In this document: piece by piece, positions 27,445 through 36,558 of the stretch
Numbering within the stretch: the first letter of the stretch is position 1
Layout: each line of letters begins with the position of its first letter
From: Thermodesulfobacteriota bacterium
Lineage (GTDB): Bacteria; Desulfobacterota; Desulfarculia; JACQYL01
Reading direction: 5' to 3'
Length of the DNA: 64,000 nucleotides
Assembly: GCA_963675595.2 (NCBI GenBank)
Contig: CAXXLZ010000001.1
Location: 1,696,001 to 1,760,000 of the forward strand
Notes under the pieces: generated by a model
The model's input: only the letters and a program-made list of their open reading frames with translations
Database searches by the model: none
What the model was told of the DNA's origin: nothing
Translations under genes and position numbers: made by a program

Positions 27445-28413
27445 TCAGCTTTCCGCCTTCTCGCCGGCGGGCGCCGAGAACGGATTATCGTGGGGCTTCG
27501 TCCAGATGATCTCGACTCTGCGGTTCTTGCTTCGCCCCTCCGCATCTTCGTTGGAAGCCACCGGGCGATACTCCCCGAATCCCATGGTTGCGATGCGATT
27601 GGGTTCGATCAACCCTCTCTCCATGAAGAATTCGGCCACCGAGGCTGCTCGCGCAACCGAGAGCTCAAGATTGGACTTGAACGGCCCCCCGCGGATGGGG
27701 AGATTGTCCGTATGGCCCGCAATGATTACGTCACCCGGCCGTTCCTTAAAAAACTTGCCCACTTTCTCGAGGATGGGAATCATCTCCTTTTGGATGTCGG
27801 CTTTTCCGAGCTCAAAAGTAGGTTCATCGGATAGAACCAGTCTGACCTGCCCTCCGCCCTGCTCGACCGTAACATTCTGTCCCATGTCTTTAAGCTCGAA
27901 TTCGAGCTGTTTGACGTCCGACAGGTCTTTGTCGCTCAAAGCGAGCGCTTGCTCCTTCTCATCGAGATCTTTGGCCTTTTCCTGCTCATCTTTTTGGGAT
28001 TCGGCTTTTTTACCTGCATTTTCGCCCTTTTCTCCCTTTTCGGACTTTTCTCCCTTTTCTCCTTTCTTCGTTTCCTCCGAATGCCGTTTGCGGCCTTTTT
28101 CCAGACTCTTCGTCACTTCATAACGAGTGGGTCCGTACTTCTGATCCTCACGCGTTTCCAGCATGGACTGATCGAAGTCCTTGGAAACCATGGTGGTGCC
28201 TCTGGGCATCTGGAAAACGGGATTCTGCTTCTGGACACCGAAGGCTTGTGCGAGAGAGCCTGCAAGTTCCTTGTATTTCTGTGCGTCCATCTCCGAAAAG
28301 GACAGCAACAACACGAAGAAACACAAGAGCAGGCTCATGAGGTCCCCGAAGGTAACAACCCACATGGGGGCCCCCTTTACTTCACCTCCCGATTGTCCGA
28401 TCTGTGCAGCCAC
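27445..28413 (-). CDS. motB: Stator B subunit, PomB/MotB family with OmpA-like peptidoglycan-binding domain
   Basis: WVVTFGDLMSLLLCFFVLLLSFSEMD TM with the conserved Asp; GHTDN, SNLELS..RA and NRRVEI motifs; GTG start with GGAG RBS. Confidence 0.93.
   Translation of the reverse strand: MAAQIGQSGGEVKGAPMWVVTFGDLMSLLLCFFVLLLSFSEMDAQKYKELAGSLAQAFGVQKQNPVFQMPRGTTMVSKDFDQSMLETREDQKYGPTRYEVTKSLEKGRKRHSEETKKGEKGEKSEKGEKGENAGKKAESQKDEQEKAKDLDEKEQALALSDKDLSDVKQLEFELKDMGQNVTVEQGGGQVRLVLSDEPTFELGKADIQKEMIPILEKVGKFFKERPGDVIIAGHTDNLPIRGGPFKSNLELSVARAASVAEFFMERGLIEPNRIATMGFGEYRPVASNEDAEGRSKNRRVEIIWTKPHDNPFSAPAGEKAES
28021..28065. repeat. Imperfect 9-bp tandem repeat (5 units) encoding KGE/KSE within motB
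   Basis: ttcgccctt/ttctccctt/ttcggactt/ttctccctt/ttctccttt. Confidence 0.8.
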
Positions 28414-28783
28414 GGTTGGCCCTCTCCGTTCTCAGAATTTTCGGAGCGACTCCGCTCTCAACGGCGGCCCGGGCTCCGAGACGGTGCTTTGCCACCGTCG
28501 CTTTGGGTAAGGTGCCGGCGGAACCCGGCGCTTGCGCCCATCCTTGCAAGCGTGAATTTTCTAGTTTTGTATTATAGGCCTACATTCTTAAGCAGTCAAA
28601 AGTGCCTGTCGGTATCATCGGCAATCACACCGGTAGTACTTGAGTCCAAACCCCGCGGTTTCCTGATGAAGATTTACCGGATAATCGGAACCCCTAAAAG
28701 CGAGCGGGTTTTGACAGCTTAATCCGCGAAAGGTAGAATACGCTTCCATGCTTAGTAGGTTATCGGACAACTGTGGAGACTTC

Positions 28784-29887
28784 ATGCGATCCACGAAGTG
28801 GTTTTTCCCCTTCCTCTTCTGCTTTCTTTTCCTCAGCGGTTGCGGCAAGCTCCACCAAGTTCGTATTGAAGACTCTCCACAGCAGCATTTCCGGAACGGA
28901 ATGACCTTTCTGGCATGGGGTAAAACCTCCGAAGCCGAAAGGGAATTCGCCGATGTGCTCCGCTTGGACCCCAACCACTCAATGGCGTTTTCGGCACTGG
29001 GCATCATCGCTTCCCGGAACCGTCATTTTCTCAGGGCGCGTTTGAGCCTCTCCCAAGCGGGCGCCCTGGCTCAAGAGCCGTCGAGTCGGGCATGGGTTCA
29101 CTGCGCATACATTGTGCTCCATACGGAACAACAGGGACCGGAGTGGTTGTCTAAAGCTTCATCGGAGTATGAAAAGGCGACCCGATTGCTGCCGGGAAGC
29201 GGTGATCCCCACTTTTTGATGGGACTGGCTCTCAAATCGGCCCACCGGTTTTCCGAGGCGGAGAAGCAGCTTCGTGAGGCCTCGGATATGGAGGGATATT
29301 TCTCTGCACTCGCAGCATCCGAGGCGGACATGGTACGTCGAATTCAGCAGGCGGCCCCCAAGAGCGAGGTCACAAATCGGATCGCTTTACTTTCCAAACT
29401 CAGAAGGGTTGATCTCGCCGAACTTCTCGTACACGAATTTCGCCTGCGGAGCCTCGCGCCTCTCGGCATGTCGGTCGCCACGCCGAAAAAGGCTCCGGTT
29501 GTGGACATGGAAGGATCGGAACACGGTGAAGACATACGATTTGTGGCCTCACTGGACCTCGAAGGACTGCGGACTTACCCGGACGGAACTTTCCGCCCCC
29601 TCGAATCGGTCACACGGGGGGAATTGGCTCAGGTGCTCTTCGCCCTTTCCGAAATCGTCCACTTGAATGCGGATGTGATTAAGGCGGGGAAAGTCAAAGT
29701 CGTGCCTTTCTCCGATGTCCATGAAGACAGCCCGTACCGTGAGGCAGTGTATACGCTTGCGGCTTGGGGCATCATGGGGCCGGTCAACGAAAGGACCGGA
29801 GAATTCGATCCGTTGGGACACGTTTCCGGCCCGGAAACCCTGGACGCCTTAATGAAGTTCAGGGCACTCATCACCACGTCTGAATGA
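28784..29887 (+). CDS. Lipoprotein with TPR repeats and C-terminal SLH-like domains
   Basis: Lipobox LSGC; TPR helices (LRLDPNHSMAF..LG); SLH motifs YPDGTFRP...VTRGELA and FSDV...PY..AV..LA..GIM...FDP. Confidence 0.8.
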   Translation: MRSTKWFFPFLFCFLFLSGCGKLHQVRIEDSPQQHFRNGMTFLAWGKTSEAEREFADVLRLDPNHSMAFSALGIIASRNRHFLRARLSLSQAGALAQEPSSRAWVHCAYIVLHTEQQGPEWLSKASSEYEKATRLLPGSGDPHFLMGLALKSAHRFSEAEKQLREASDMEGYFSALAASEADMVRRIQQAAPKSEVTNRIALLSKLRRVDLAELLVHEFRLRSLAPLGMSVATPKKAPVVDMEGSEHGEDIRFVASLDLEGLRTYPDGTFRPLESVTRGELAQVLFALSEIVHLNADVIKAGKVKVVPFSDVHEDSPYREAVYTLAAWGIMGPVNERTGEFDPLGHVSGPETLDALMKFRALITTSE

Positions 29888-29920
29888 ATATCATCAACCT
29901 AATGGAATACAACCCACACA

Positions 29921-30538
29921 ATGTTCCGAAAAAATCGACAAAACGCAGATAATCGACCGAAGGGAGAAAAGCTGGGGCTGCTTTCCTACATGGGGAGCTT
30001 CGCCATGTTCTACCTAATTCTCATCGCCCTGACGGGAATCCCTCTCCTCGTGGTCTTAGTGGTCTTCCTTATTCGTACAATCATGGATTTCCGTGTCTGG
30101 ATCATCCTGGGCACGCTTATCACATTGGTCGGACTCGCCTTGCTGATTTTCCGACACAGAAAACGGATTGGAAGACGCATCGACGAAGAGAAGCAGGACG
30201 TTATGGAAGTGATCCGCGCCGCAGCTCAAGAAGGTCACGACGTGAACATCTCCTTCATGCACGGACTCGTTCGCATCGACTATAAAGGGGACGCGGGAAA
30301 GACCCGTTGGCTTGAAGCGCCCTCCGACGGGCCGAAAAAGGCTCTCCCCATGCCCACCGGCCACGCCGTGCACCAGACGCCGATCATCGACTCGATGTCT
30401 TCCGGGGATGTTGAACGCACAAGCATCACCGAAGAGTTGGAGAGACTAAACGGTTTGTTCCTGAGAGGAATCGTGACCAGGGAAGAATTCGACGAACTCA
30501 AGGCCCGCCTCCTTCGGGAGCCGGAGCCGCATGGCTGA
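29921..30538 (+). CDS. Membrane protein with C-terminal SHOCT domain
   Basis: Two TM helices; C-terminal EELERL..L..RGIVTREEFDELKARLL SHOCT pattern. Confidence 0.8.
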   Translation: MFRKNRQNADNRPKGEKLGLLSYMGSFAMFYLILIALTGIPLLVVLVVFLIRTIMDFRVWIILGTLITLVGLALLIFRHRKRIGRRIDEEKQDVMEVIRAAAQEGHDVNISFMHGLVRIDYKGDAGKTRWLEAPSDGPKKALPMPTGHAVHQTPIIDSMSSGDVERTSITEELERLNGLFLRGIVTREEFDELKARLLREPEPHG

Positions 30539-30708
30539 AATGCCGGAACATGCCCCTGCGCGGTCGGTGAAGACCGTCGGGAAACCCATCACCATCGAGC
30601 TCCCGACGATTTCATAATGTCCGGAGCGCAGCGCCGCCGAGCGACCCGGTTCGGCCGGAAGCGAAGCCCGGCAGTACGGACTCCCGGCCTGAGAACGATA
30701 ATTCATTC

Positions 30709-31746
30709 ATGAAAACCGACTACATCGAGATTCAGCCCAGTCTAGTCAACTTCTACATTGATTTTCCCATCTACATCATCCATCCAAAGGAAGACAAACT
30801 AGTACGCTTTCTTCCCAGAAAGGACGAATACGCCAGGAAGGCCATCGATGAAATGGTCTCCCGGGGCATCAAGGTTTACGTCAGACTTGTCGACCATCAC
30901 CATCGGAGCGAAGTCATTGAGGCCAATCTGGCCGAATTCCTCAAAGGCCCTTTCAATCAAGAGAAAGCCGCAGTTATCAGGGACCTGACAATCCAGTTGG
31001 TCAACGAATTCTTCGCTGGAAGGTTGTCGAAAGACAGAGATCAAACGGTGGATTCTTCGGCCCTCAAGCGCATGGACGAGATTGTGGGCCATTATGTGCG
31101 TTTACTCGACCTCGAAAACGCTCAAGACGTATTGAAAATGCTCCAACGGGTCATGGTGAAGGATTTCTCGACCACGGCACACTCGGTCAATCTCATGCTG
31201 CTTGTGATCCGCTTTCGCGGCCGAGAGAGAGAAAGGTTGTATCCGGTCCGAGCCGTGCCGGATGAAATGGTATCCAACCGGGGGCAAATCCGGGAGGAGA
31301 TTCACTGGGAAGATCGAAGGTGGGCGTTGGCCGCCCTGCTTCACGACATAGGCAAGATTTACGTACCGGATGAAATCGTCAAGTCTCGTAGAAAGCTGAC
31401 TCCCCGAGAGTTCAAGTTGATGCAGCAACATGTGGAGTTCGGATGGGAGTTCGTTCGCTCGGCGGGACTGAGATACGGTTACAACGACGTGGTTCGCAGC
31501 GCGATACTGGAACACCATGAAAGGCTGGATGGTTCGGGCTATCCTTTGAAGCTCACCAATGTCGGCACTGTGGGGCAAGTGATGGGTATTCTGGACGCCT
31601 ACGAAACCTTGACCACGCCCAACCGCCCGCACAACAAGGGCAGCACACCCTTCGAGGCTCTGATTGCCCTGAAAAAAGACACCCAGGAAGGTAAATTCGA
31701 CTCAGTGCTATTCAAAAAGATCGTCGAGCTACTGGCCCAGGACTGA
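30709..31746 (+). CDS. HD-GYP domain protein (putative cyclic dinucleotide phosphodiesterase)
   Basis: HS.N, LLHDIGK, HHERLDGSGYP and D.YE.LT..RP motifs. Confidence 0.9.
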   Translation: MKTDYIEIQPSLVNFYIDFPIYIIHPKEDKLVRFLPRKDEYARKAIDEMVSRGIKVYVRLVDHHHRSEVIEANLAEFLKGPFNQEKAAVIRDLTIQLVNEFFAGRLSKDRDQTVDSSALKRMDEIVGHYVRLLDLENAQDVLKMLQRVMVKDFSTTAHSVNLMLLVIRFRGRERERLYPVRAVPDEMVSNRGQIREEIHWEDRRWALAALLHDIGKIYVPDEIVKSRRKLTPREFKLMQQHVEFGWEFVRSAGLRYGYNDVVRSAILEHHERLDGSGYPLKLTNVGTVGQVMGILDAYETLTTPNRPHNKGSTPFEALIALKKDTQEGKFDSVLFKKIVELLAQD

Positions 31747-31869
31747 TGGGCCGGTTTCCTCATCCGTCACGCCTTTCCCGATCTCTCGCATAAGCGGTCC
31801 AAGAGGCACCCGGCCGCCGATAAGTTAAATAGAGAACCGCCGGCGCTTCGGGGGCTCCTTTCGAGACCG

Positions 31870-32187
31870 TCAAATCGGCGGAGCGATGGTCACGATGACC
31901 CGCATGTTCGTCCGCGCTCGAACACCGTGAGGTTCTGAAATCTCCGAGATGAGCACATCGCCGGGTCTCGCCGGCAAGGTTGCATTGTCCTTGCCCAGGA
32001 ATTCGCCTTCACCTTCCACCACGGTGATACTCAGTTGACCGTCCACGTCATGGGAATGAACGGGCAACTCCTGTCCCGCCGTGAAATTGAAGTTCAGTAT
32101 TTTGAAGTACGGCGAATCATGCACCAACAGCCGCGAAAGGCCCAACTCTTTGAAGCCGTTTTCCTCAATAATGTTTGTCTTTTTCAA
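31870..32187 (-). CDS. Cupin domain protein
   Basis: GQELPVHSH...VVEGEG...PGD...EPHG cupin motifs; TTG start with AAGGAG RBS. Confidence 0.85.
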   Translation of the reverse strand: MKKTNIIEENGFKELGLSRLLVHDSPYFKILNFNFTAGQELPVHSHDVDGQLSITVVEGEGEFLGKDNATLPARPGDVLISEISEPHGVRARTNMRVIVTIAPPI

Positions 32188-32339
32188 TCCATGGTCTCCT
32201 TAATGATCCTCGGCCTCCGGGAAGGAGAATTTGCTCGTTCACACTCCTGAAAGCCGCCTGAGCGAATAGAAGATTTCCACGATCCTCCACCGTCTCCGTT
32301 TCACGACCGATCGTGTCCTCGATCCGACAAGGCATCGAT

Positions 32340-33107
32340 TTACGAAGCGATTCTCCGTCTTTCGAGAATTTCTCCACCCCTGCCGATCACCACATCTTCG
32401 ATGGGAATCGCTTTCCCCGCTGCTTCGGCCCCTTTGCGGACAACGGCGGGAAGCGCCGAACAACACGGGACTTCCATATCCAAAACGGTGACACTCCTGA
32501 TTTGGCCTTGTTGAAAGATTTCTTTGAACCTGCGAACGTACTCATCGGTATCATCGAACTTGGGGCAACCAAGCAGCACTACTCTGCCCTTCAAAAAGTC
32601 GCGATGAAACGACGGATAGGCCACAGGCACGCAGTCCGCCGCAACCAATAAGTCCGCTCCTTTAAGAAACGGGGCGGTTGGAGGTACTAGTCGTATCTGG
32701 ATCGGCCAATGACTTAGGGCCGAATCTTCCCCGCCCCGGCTCACCGGCTTGTTCGCCTCCGCGCAGGAAACCCCGGCCTCAGGCGACCTGGCAAGCGTAA
32801 CAGGACGGGCGGACGGACAACCTCCGGGGCTTGCCGCTTCGAACTCCTTGTCCCGTGATTCCATCTCCGCGAGATATTCTTCCACCGCCTCCTCGTCGAA
32901 TTCCTCGGCCTCACGTTCTATCACCCTGAGAGCGCCGGTCGGGCAATCCCCCAAGCACGCCCCCAGCCCATCACAGTATCTCTCCGCGACCAACACGGCT
33001 TTTCCATCCCTGATTTCAATCGCTCCTTCGGCGCAAGATGGTACGCAGTTTCCGCATCCGTCACACAGTTCATGATCGATTTCGACAATTTTTCTCAGCG
33101 TTTTCAT
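32340..33107 (-). CDS. 4Fe-4S ferredoxin-domain protein of hcp loci (FrdX-like)
   Basis: CDGCGNCVPSC and CDGLGACLGDCP clusters, GGCPS, L.HWPIQIRLV, AADC, GCPKFDD and MEVPCC. Confidence 0.88.
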   Translation of the reverse strand: MKTLRKIVEIDHELCDGCGNCVPSCAEGAIEIRDGKAVLVAERYCDGLGACLGDCPTGALRVIEREAEEFDEEAVEEYLAEMESRDKEFEAASPGGCPSARPVTLARSPEAGVSCAEANKPVSRGGEDSALSHWPIQIRLVPPTAPFLKGADLLVAADCVPVAYPSFHRDFLKGRVVLLGCPKFDDTDEYVRRFKEIFQQGQIRSVTVLDMEVPCCSALPAVVRKGAEAAGKAIPIEDVVIGRGGEILERRRIAS

Positions 33108-33119
33108 AGGCTCCTCCAA

Positions 33120-33872
33120 TCAGGCCTCCGATCCCGGGTCGCTCGAGGGTATCAGATTCCGACGTGCCAGGTCTTTGCCGGTGGGAGTCATGAATGATTT
33201 CTCTATGATCCGCTCCAACCGCTCCCGAGTCACCCCATCGGTCTTCTGCTTTTCCTCAAGATTCACAATAAGATCGGCATCGTACACCGCTTTGAAATTC
33301 TCGGTTTCTTCCTCCCTCGGCGTATGATGGTGACCTACGATATCGCACACCTCTTCGACCAGCCCTTCGCCGGCTCCCAGCCGCTCCATTATCTCCCTAG
33401 CAATGGGCGGTCCCTCTTCATGCTGAAAACGGGCGGCGGTGCTGTTATGTTTTCTCTCGGCCTCGTGGATGCCGATATCGTGCAGGTATGCCGCACAAAG
33501 GACAACGGCTGGATTGCCGCCTTCCTCTTTGACGATAAGTTCCGCTAACCGCGCCACCCGGCCGGCATGCCCTATGCGCCGAAAATCCTTGCCGAAATAC
33601 CGCTTCATTTCCAGCGCCACACGATCCTTGAGCAGGTCTTCCCGTTGGGCCAATAATTCCGGTGACAAACCTCCGATGCATTTTTCGGCATACCTGCAAT
33701 AGGATGCACAGCCGAAGTCCATGTTCGGATTCACAAACCGGTGTCCACATTGCTTACAGATTCGCGAGGGCTCATCTTTGAAAAACTCCACCTCGCCGCC
33801 GCAGTTTGGGCACTTGGCCTCGAATATGGCTCCCGGCTTCCAGTACTGTGTTTCCTGTCCGGGACACTTCAT
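33120..33872 (-). CDS. Cys-rich (Zn-ribbon-like) domain fused to an HD phosphohydrolase
   Basis: N-terminal CPG, CPNCG, CKQCG and CASYC...C; HD core H...LHDIG...H...HHH...DAD. Confidence 0.82.
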   Translation of the reverse strand: MKCPGQETQYWKPGAIFEAKCPNCGGEVEFFKDEPSRICKQCGHRFVNPNMDFGCASYCRYAEKCIGGLSPELLAQREDLLKDRVALEMKRYFGKDFRRIGHAGRVARLAELIVKEEGGNPAVVLCAAYLHDIGIHEAERKHNSTAARFQHEEGPPIAREIMERLGAGEGLVEEVCDIVGHHHTPREEETENFKAVYDADLIVNLEEKQKTDGVTRERLERIIEKSFMTPTGKDLARRNLIPSSDPGSEA

Positions 33873-33939
33873 GATCGTCTCCGTTTCAAAAGGTGGAGGG
33901 TTTGGGAGAGGAGCCGACCTCCTCTCCCTTTATCTCAAG

Positions 33940-35568
33940 TTAACCCAAGATGGCCTTGATGTCCGCTTCGGGTGTGGTAATCGGCATAATGTTGAAGTTT
34001 TTCACAAGCACATCCAATACATTGGGAGTAACGAACGCGGGCAACGAGGGCCCAAGGCGGATATCCTTGACCCCCAGGTGCAGCAGGGTCAGCAAAATCG
34101 CGCAAGCCTTCTGCTCGTACCAGGAAAGGATCATGGACAAAGGCAGATCGTTCACGCCTACGTTGAAGGCCTGAGCCAAGGCGACCGCGATCTGGATGGC
34201 CGAGTATGCATCGTTGCACTGACCGATATCCAGAAGCCTCGGAATGCCTCCGATGTCGCCGAGTTGCTTGTCGAAGAATCGAAACTTTCCACAAGCCAAA
34301 GTCAGGACGACCGTATCTTTGGGAAGCTTTTCGACGAACTCGGTATAATAGTTGCGGCCGGGTTTGGCGCCGTCACACCCCGCCACCAAGAAGAAACGCC
34401 GGATGGCGCCGCTTTTCACCGCTTCGATAACCTTATCCGCCACTCCCAGCACCGCGTTGTGGCCGAACCCGCACAGCACGTTTCCTCCATCGGAGTCTTC
34501 CGCATAACCGGGCATGGCCAGCGCCTTTTCCACCACCGGTCCGAAATGGGGGCTTTCGACGTGCGTTACGCCCGGCCACCCAACCAGTCCGGTGGTGAAG
34601 ATGTTGTCCTTGTAGGAATCTTGGGGTTTCTGGATACAGTTCGTCGTCATCAGGATCGCGCCGGGAAAGTCGACGAATTCTCGGATTTGATTCTGCCAGG
34701 CGGTTCCATAATGACCATAGAAATGCGGGTACTTTTTCAGCTCGGGGTATCCGTGAGTGGGCAGCATTTCCCCGTGAGTGTATACATAGATTCCTTTGCC
34801 TTCGGTTTGTTTCAAAATCTCTTCCAGGTCTTTGAGATCATGTCCGGAAACGAGTAATGCCTTGCCCTTCTTGTGTCCAAGAGGTACGGACGTGGGCACG
34901 GGATGCCCATACTTACCGGTATTCGCGGCATCGAGGAGTGCCATGGCTTTGAGATTGGTCTCGCCGGTTTTCAGCGCCAGCCCCACCCAATCCTGCAACG
35001 ACAGTGCCGAATTCTCCATCGCGGCCAGTGTCTCGTGCACGGATTCATAAATGGAATCGTCGTATTGACCCAGGATATGCGCGTGGTCGGCATAGGCGCA
35101 CAATCCTTTGATCCCATAGATCGTGGTCTGCTGCAGCGAATGGATGTCGGGATCGATGCTCGGATCCGACTTGACACCCACTTTTTCCGCTTGTTGAAGC
35201 ATGCCTTCGAGGCTCGAAGCGGGTTTGAAATTCACCGAGTCGTTGGGAAGATCAACCTTCCCGCCGGCTTTCCGCACATCCTCTTTGAGCCGGTCCCTGA
35301 GGTCGGCACATTTACGAATATATCCCACGAACCGATCCGGATCGAAGTTGACGTTCGTAAGGGTCGCGAAAGCCGCTTCCGCGGTGAACACGTTAACCTC
35401 CCGGTCATTCACGCCCACCTTGCGACCTTCCACCGCCACGTGAGACAATCCCTTGAGCCCGTGTAACAGGAGATCCTGGAGCGCCGCGACTTCGGCGGTC
35501 TTGCCGCACACGCCGATCTTCGTGCAACCCTCGCCTTTGGCCGTCTGTTCACACTGGTAACAAAACAT
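33940..35568 (-). CDS. hcp: Hybrid cluster protein (hydroxylamine/NO reductase)
   Basis: MFCYQCEQT...GC...GVCGK, SGHDL, YTHGEMLP, TTNC, GCDG, LACGK, GQCNDAYS and WYEQKA motifs. Confidence 0.98.
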   Translation of the reverse strand: MFCYQCEQTAKGEGCTKIGVCGKTAEVAALQDLLLHGLKGLSHVAVEGRKVGVNDREVNVFTAEAAFATLTNVNFDPDRFVGYIRKCADLRDRLKEDVRKAGGKVDLPNDSVNFKPASSLEGMLQQAEKVGVKSDPSIDPDIHSLQQTTIYGIKGLCAYADHAHILGQYDDSIYESVHETLAAMENSALSLQDWVGLALKTGETNLKAMALLDAANTGKYGHPVPTSVPLGHKKGKALLVSGHDLKDLEEILKQTEGKGIYVYTHGEMLPTHGYPELKKYPHFYGHYGTAWQNQIREFVDFPGAILMTTNCIQKPQDSYKDNIFTTGLVGWPGVTHVESPHFGPVVEKALAMPGYAEDSDGGNVLCGFGHNAVLGVADKVIEAVKSGAIRRFFLVAGCDGAKPGRNYYTEFVEKLPKDTVVLTLACGKFRFFDKQLGDIGGIPRLLDIGQCNDAYSAIQIAVALAQAFNVGVNDLPLSMILSWYEQKACAILLTLLHLGVKDIRLGPSLPAFVTPNVLDVLVKNFNIMPITTPEADIKAILG

Positions 35569-35658
35569 GCTGTCCTCCTCCTTATTGCGGGTTCCGTTTC
35601 ATCTTCTTATGTCGTGTCCTTATCGGACGCGACCCGTTTTTCTGTTGACGTTGCGGTG

Positions 35659-35701
35659 ATGTTAAGAGAAAGAGCGGAAGAAGACCTTGATCTAAGTCAA
35701 G
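35659..35701 (-). promoter_or_regulatory. HcpR (Crp/Fnr) operator with class-II promoter for hcp
   Basis: Palindrome CTTGA-TCTAAG-TCAAG at 35686-35701; minus-strand -10 TAACAT at 35664-35659 puts the site at about -41.5. Confidence 0.85.
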
Positions 35702-35812
35702 CCTCCACGTTTTTTTCGTGTCGAGCCGAATGATATTCCTCCACGGGGGTTCTTTTTGACTTGCGGCGATTCACGTTGTATTTTCATTACAATTCACTTC
35801 TGAGGGCGCGAT

Positions 35813-36505
35813 TTGACCAACGGTAGAGTTCAATTCATTTCTCAAGTCCCGCTGTTCCAGGGTTTGCCCGAACGGCAACTGGTCGAACTCACCGAAATCA
35901 CAGTAGAACGGAGTTTCGCGAAGGGCGATCCCGTCTTCTTTGAAGGAGACGAAGGAAACGGCTTTTACGTGATCACGTCCGGAAAAATCCGTATTTTCAA
36001 GGTATCCCCGGAAGGAAAAGAGCAGATACTCCACATGTTCGGTCCGGGTGAGCCTTTCGGCGAAGTTCCGGTCTTCGAAGGCGGCCGCTTCCCCGCCAAT
36101 GCCGAGGCGTTGGAATCCTGCTCTCTCCTGTTCTTTCCCAGACGGGATTTCGTACGTCTTATCGAGAAGAATCCATCTCTTGCTCTGAACATGCTCGCCG
36201 TGTTGTCCCGCCGGCTCCGTTTTTTCACCCGCCTGGTCGACGATCTCTCTCTAAAGGAGGTTCCGGGACGACTGGCGGCCCATCTACTGAATCTGAGTTC
36301 GAGGAACGGGCTATCGGACCTTGTGGAACTGGACATGGCGAAGACTCATCTGGCGAGTCTGTTGGGTACCATTCCGGAAACGCTTTCCCGGATACTTTCC
36401 AGGCTGGTCAAAAGTGAACTGATCGAAATGGAGGGACCGAGGATTCGGATTCTGGACAGGGAGAACCTGGAGCATCTGGCGGAAACAGGCAAAGGATTAG
36501 TGTAG
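35813..36505 (+). CDS. hcpR: Crp/Fnr family regulator HcpR
   Basis: cNMP-binding-like domain (GKEQILH.FGPGEPFGE) and HTH LGTIPETLSR; divergent from hcp. Confidence 0.88.
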   Translation: MTNGRVQFISQVPLFQGLPERQLVELTEITVERSFAKGDPVFFEGDEGNGFYVITSGKIRIFKVSPEGKEQILHMFGPGEPFGEVPVFEGGRFPANAEALESCSLLFFPRRDFVRLIEKNPSLALNMLAVLSRRLRFFTRLVDDLSLKEVPGRLAAHLLNLSSRNGLSDLVELDMAKTHLASLLGTIPETLSRILSRLVKSELIEMEGPRIRILDRENLEHLAETGKGLV

Positions 36506-36558
36506 TTTCTCTTTTTGTTACTTTTATTACACAGACGACGTTCATAATTCGAGGACAA

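Noticed and set aside
26674-28413. Zorya anti-phage ZorAB interpretation of the motA/motB pair
   Set aside because: The A subunit has no long cytoplasmic tail, both proteins are PomAB-like, and no zorC/D/E genes are adjacent.
28615-28643. Sigma-28-like TCAAG...GCCGATGA upstream of motB
   Set aside because: Spacing is about 2 nt longer than consensus; too weak to report as a feature.
30539-30708. Hairpin CGTCGGGA...TCCCGACG upstream of the HD-GYP gene as a c-di-GMP riboswitch
   Set aside because: No conserved aptamer nucleotides and no expression platform recognised.
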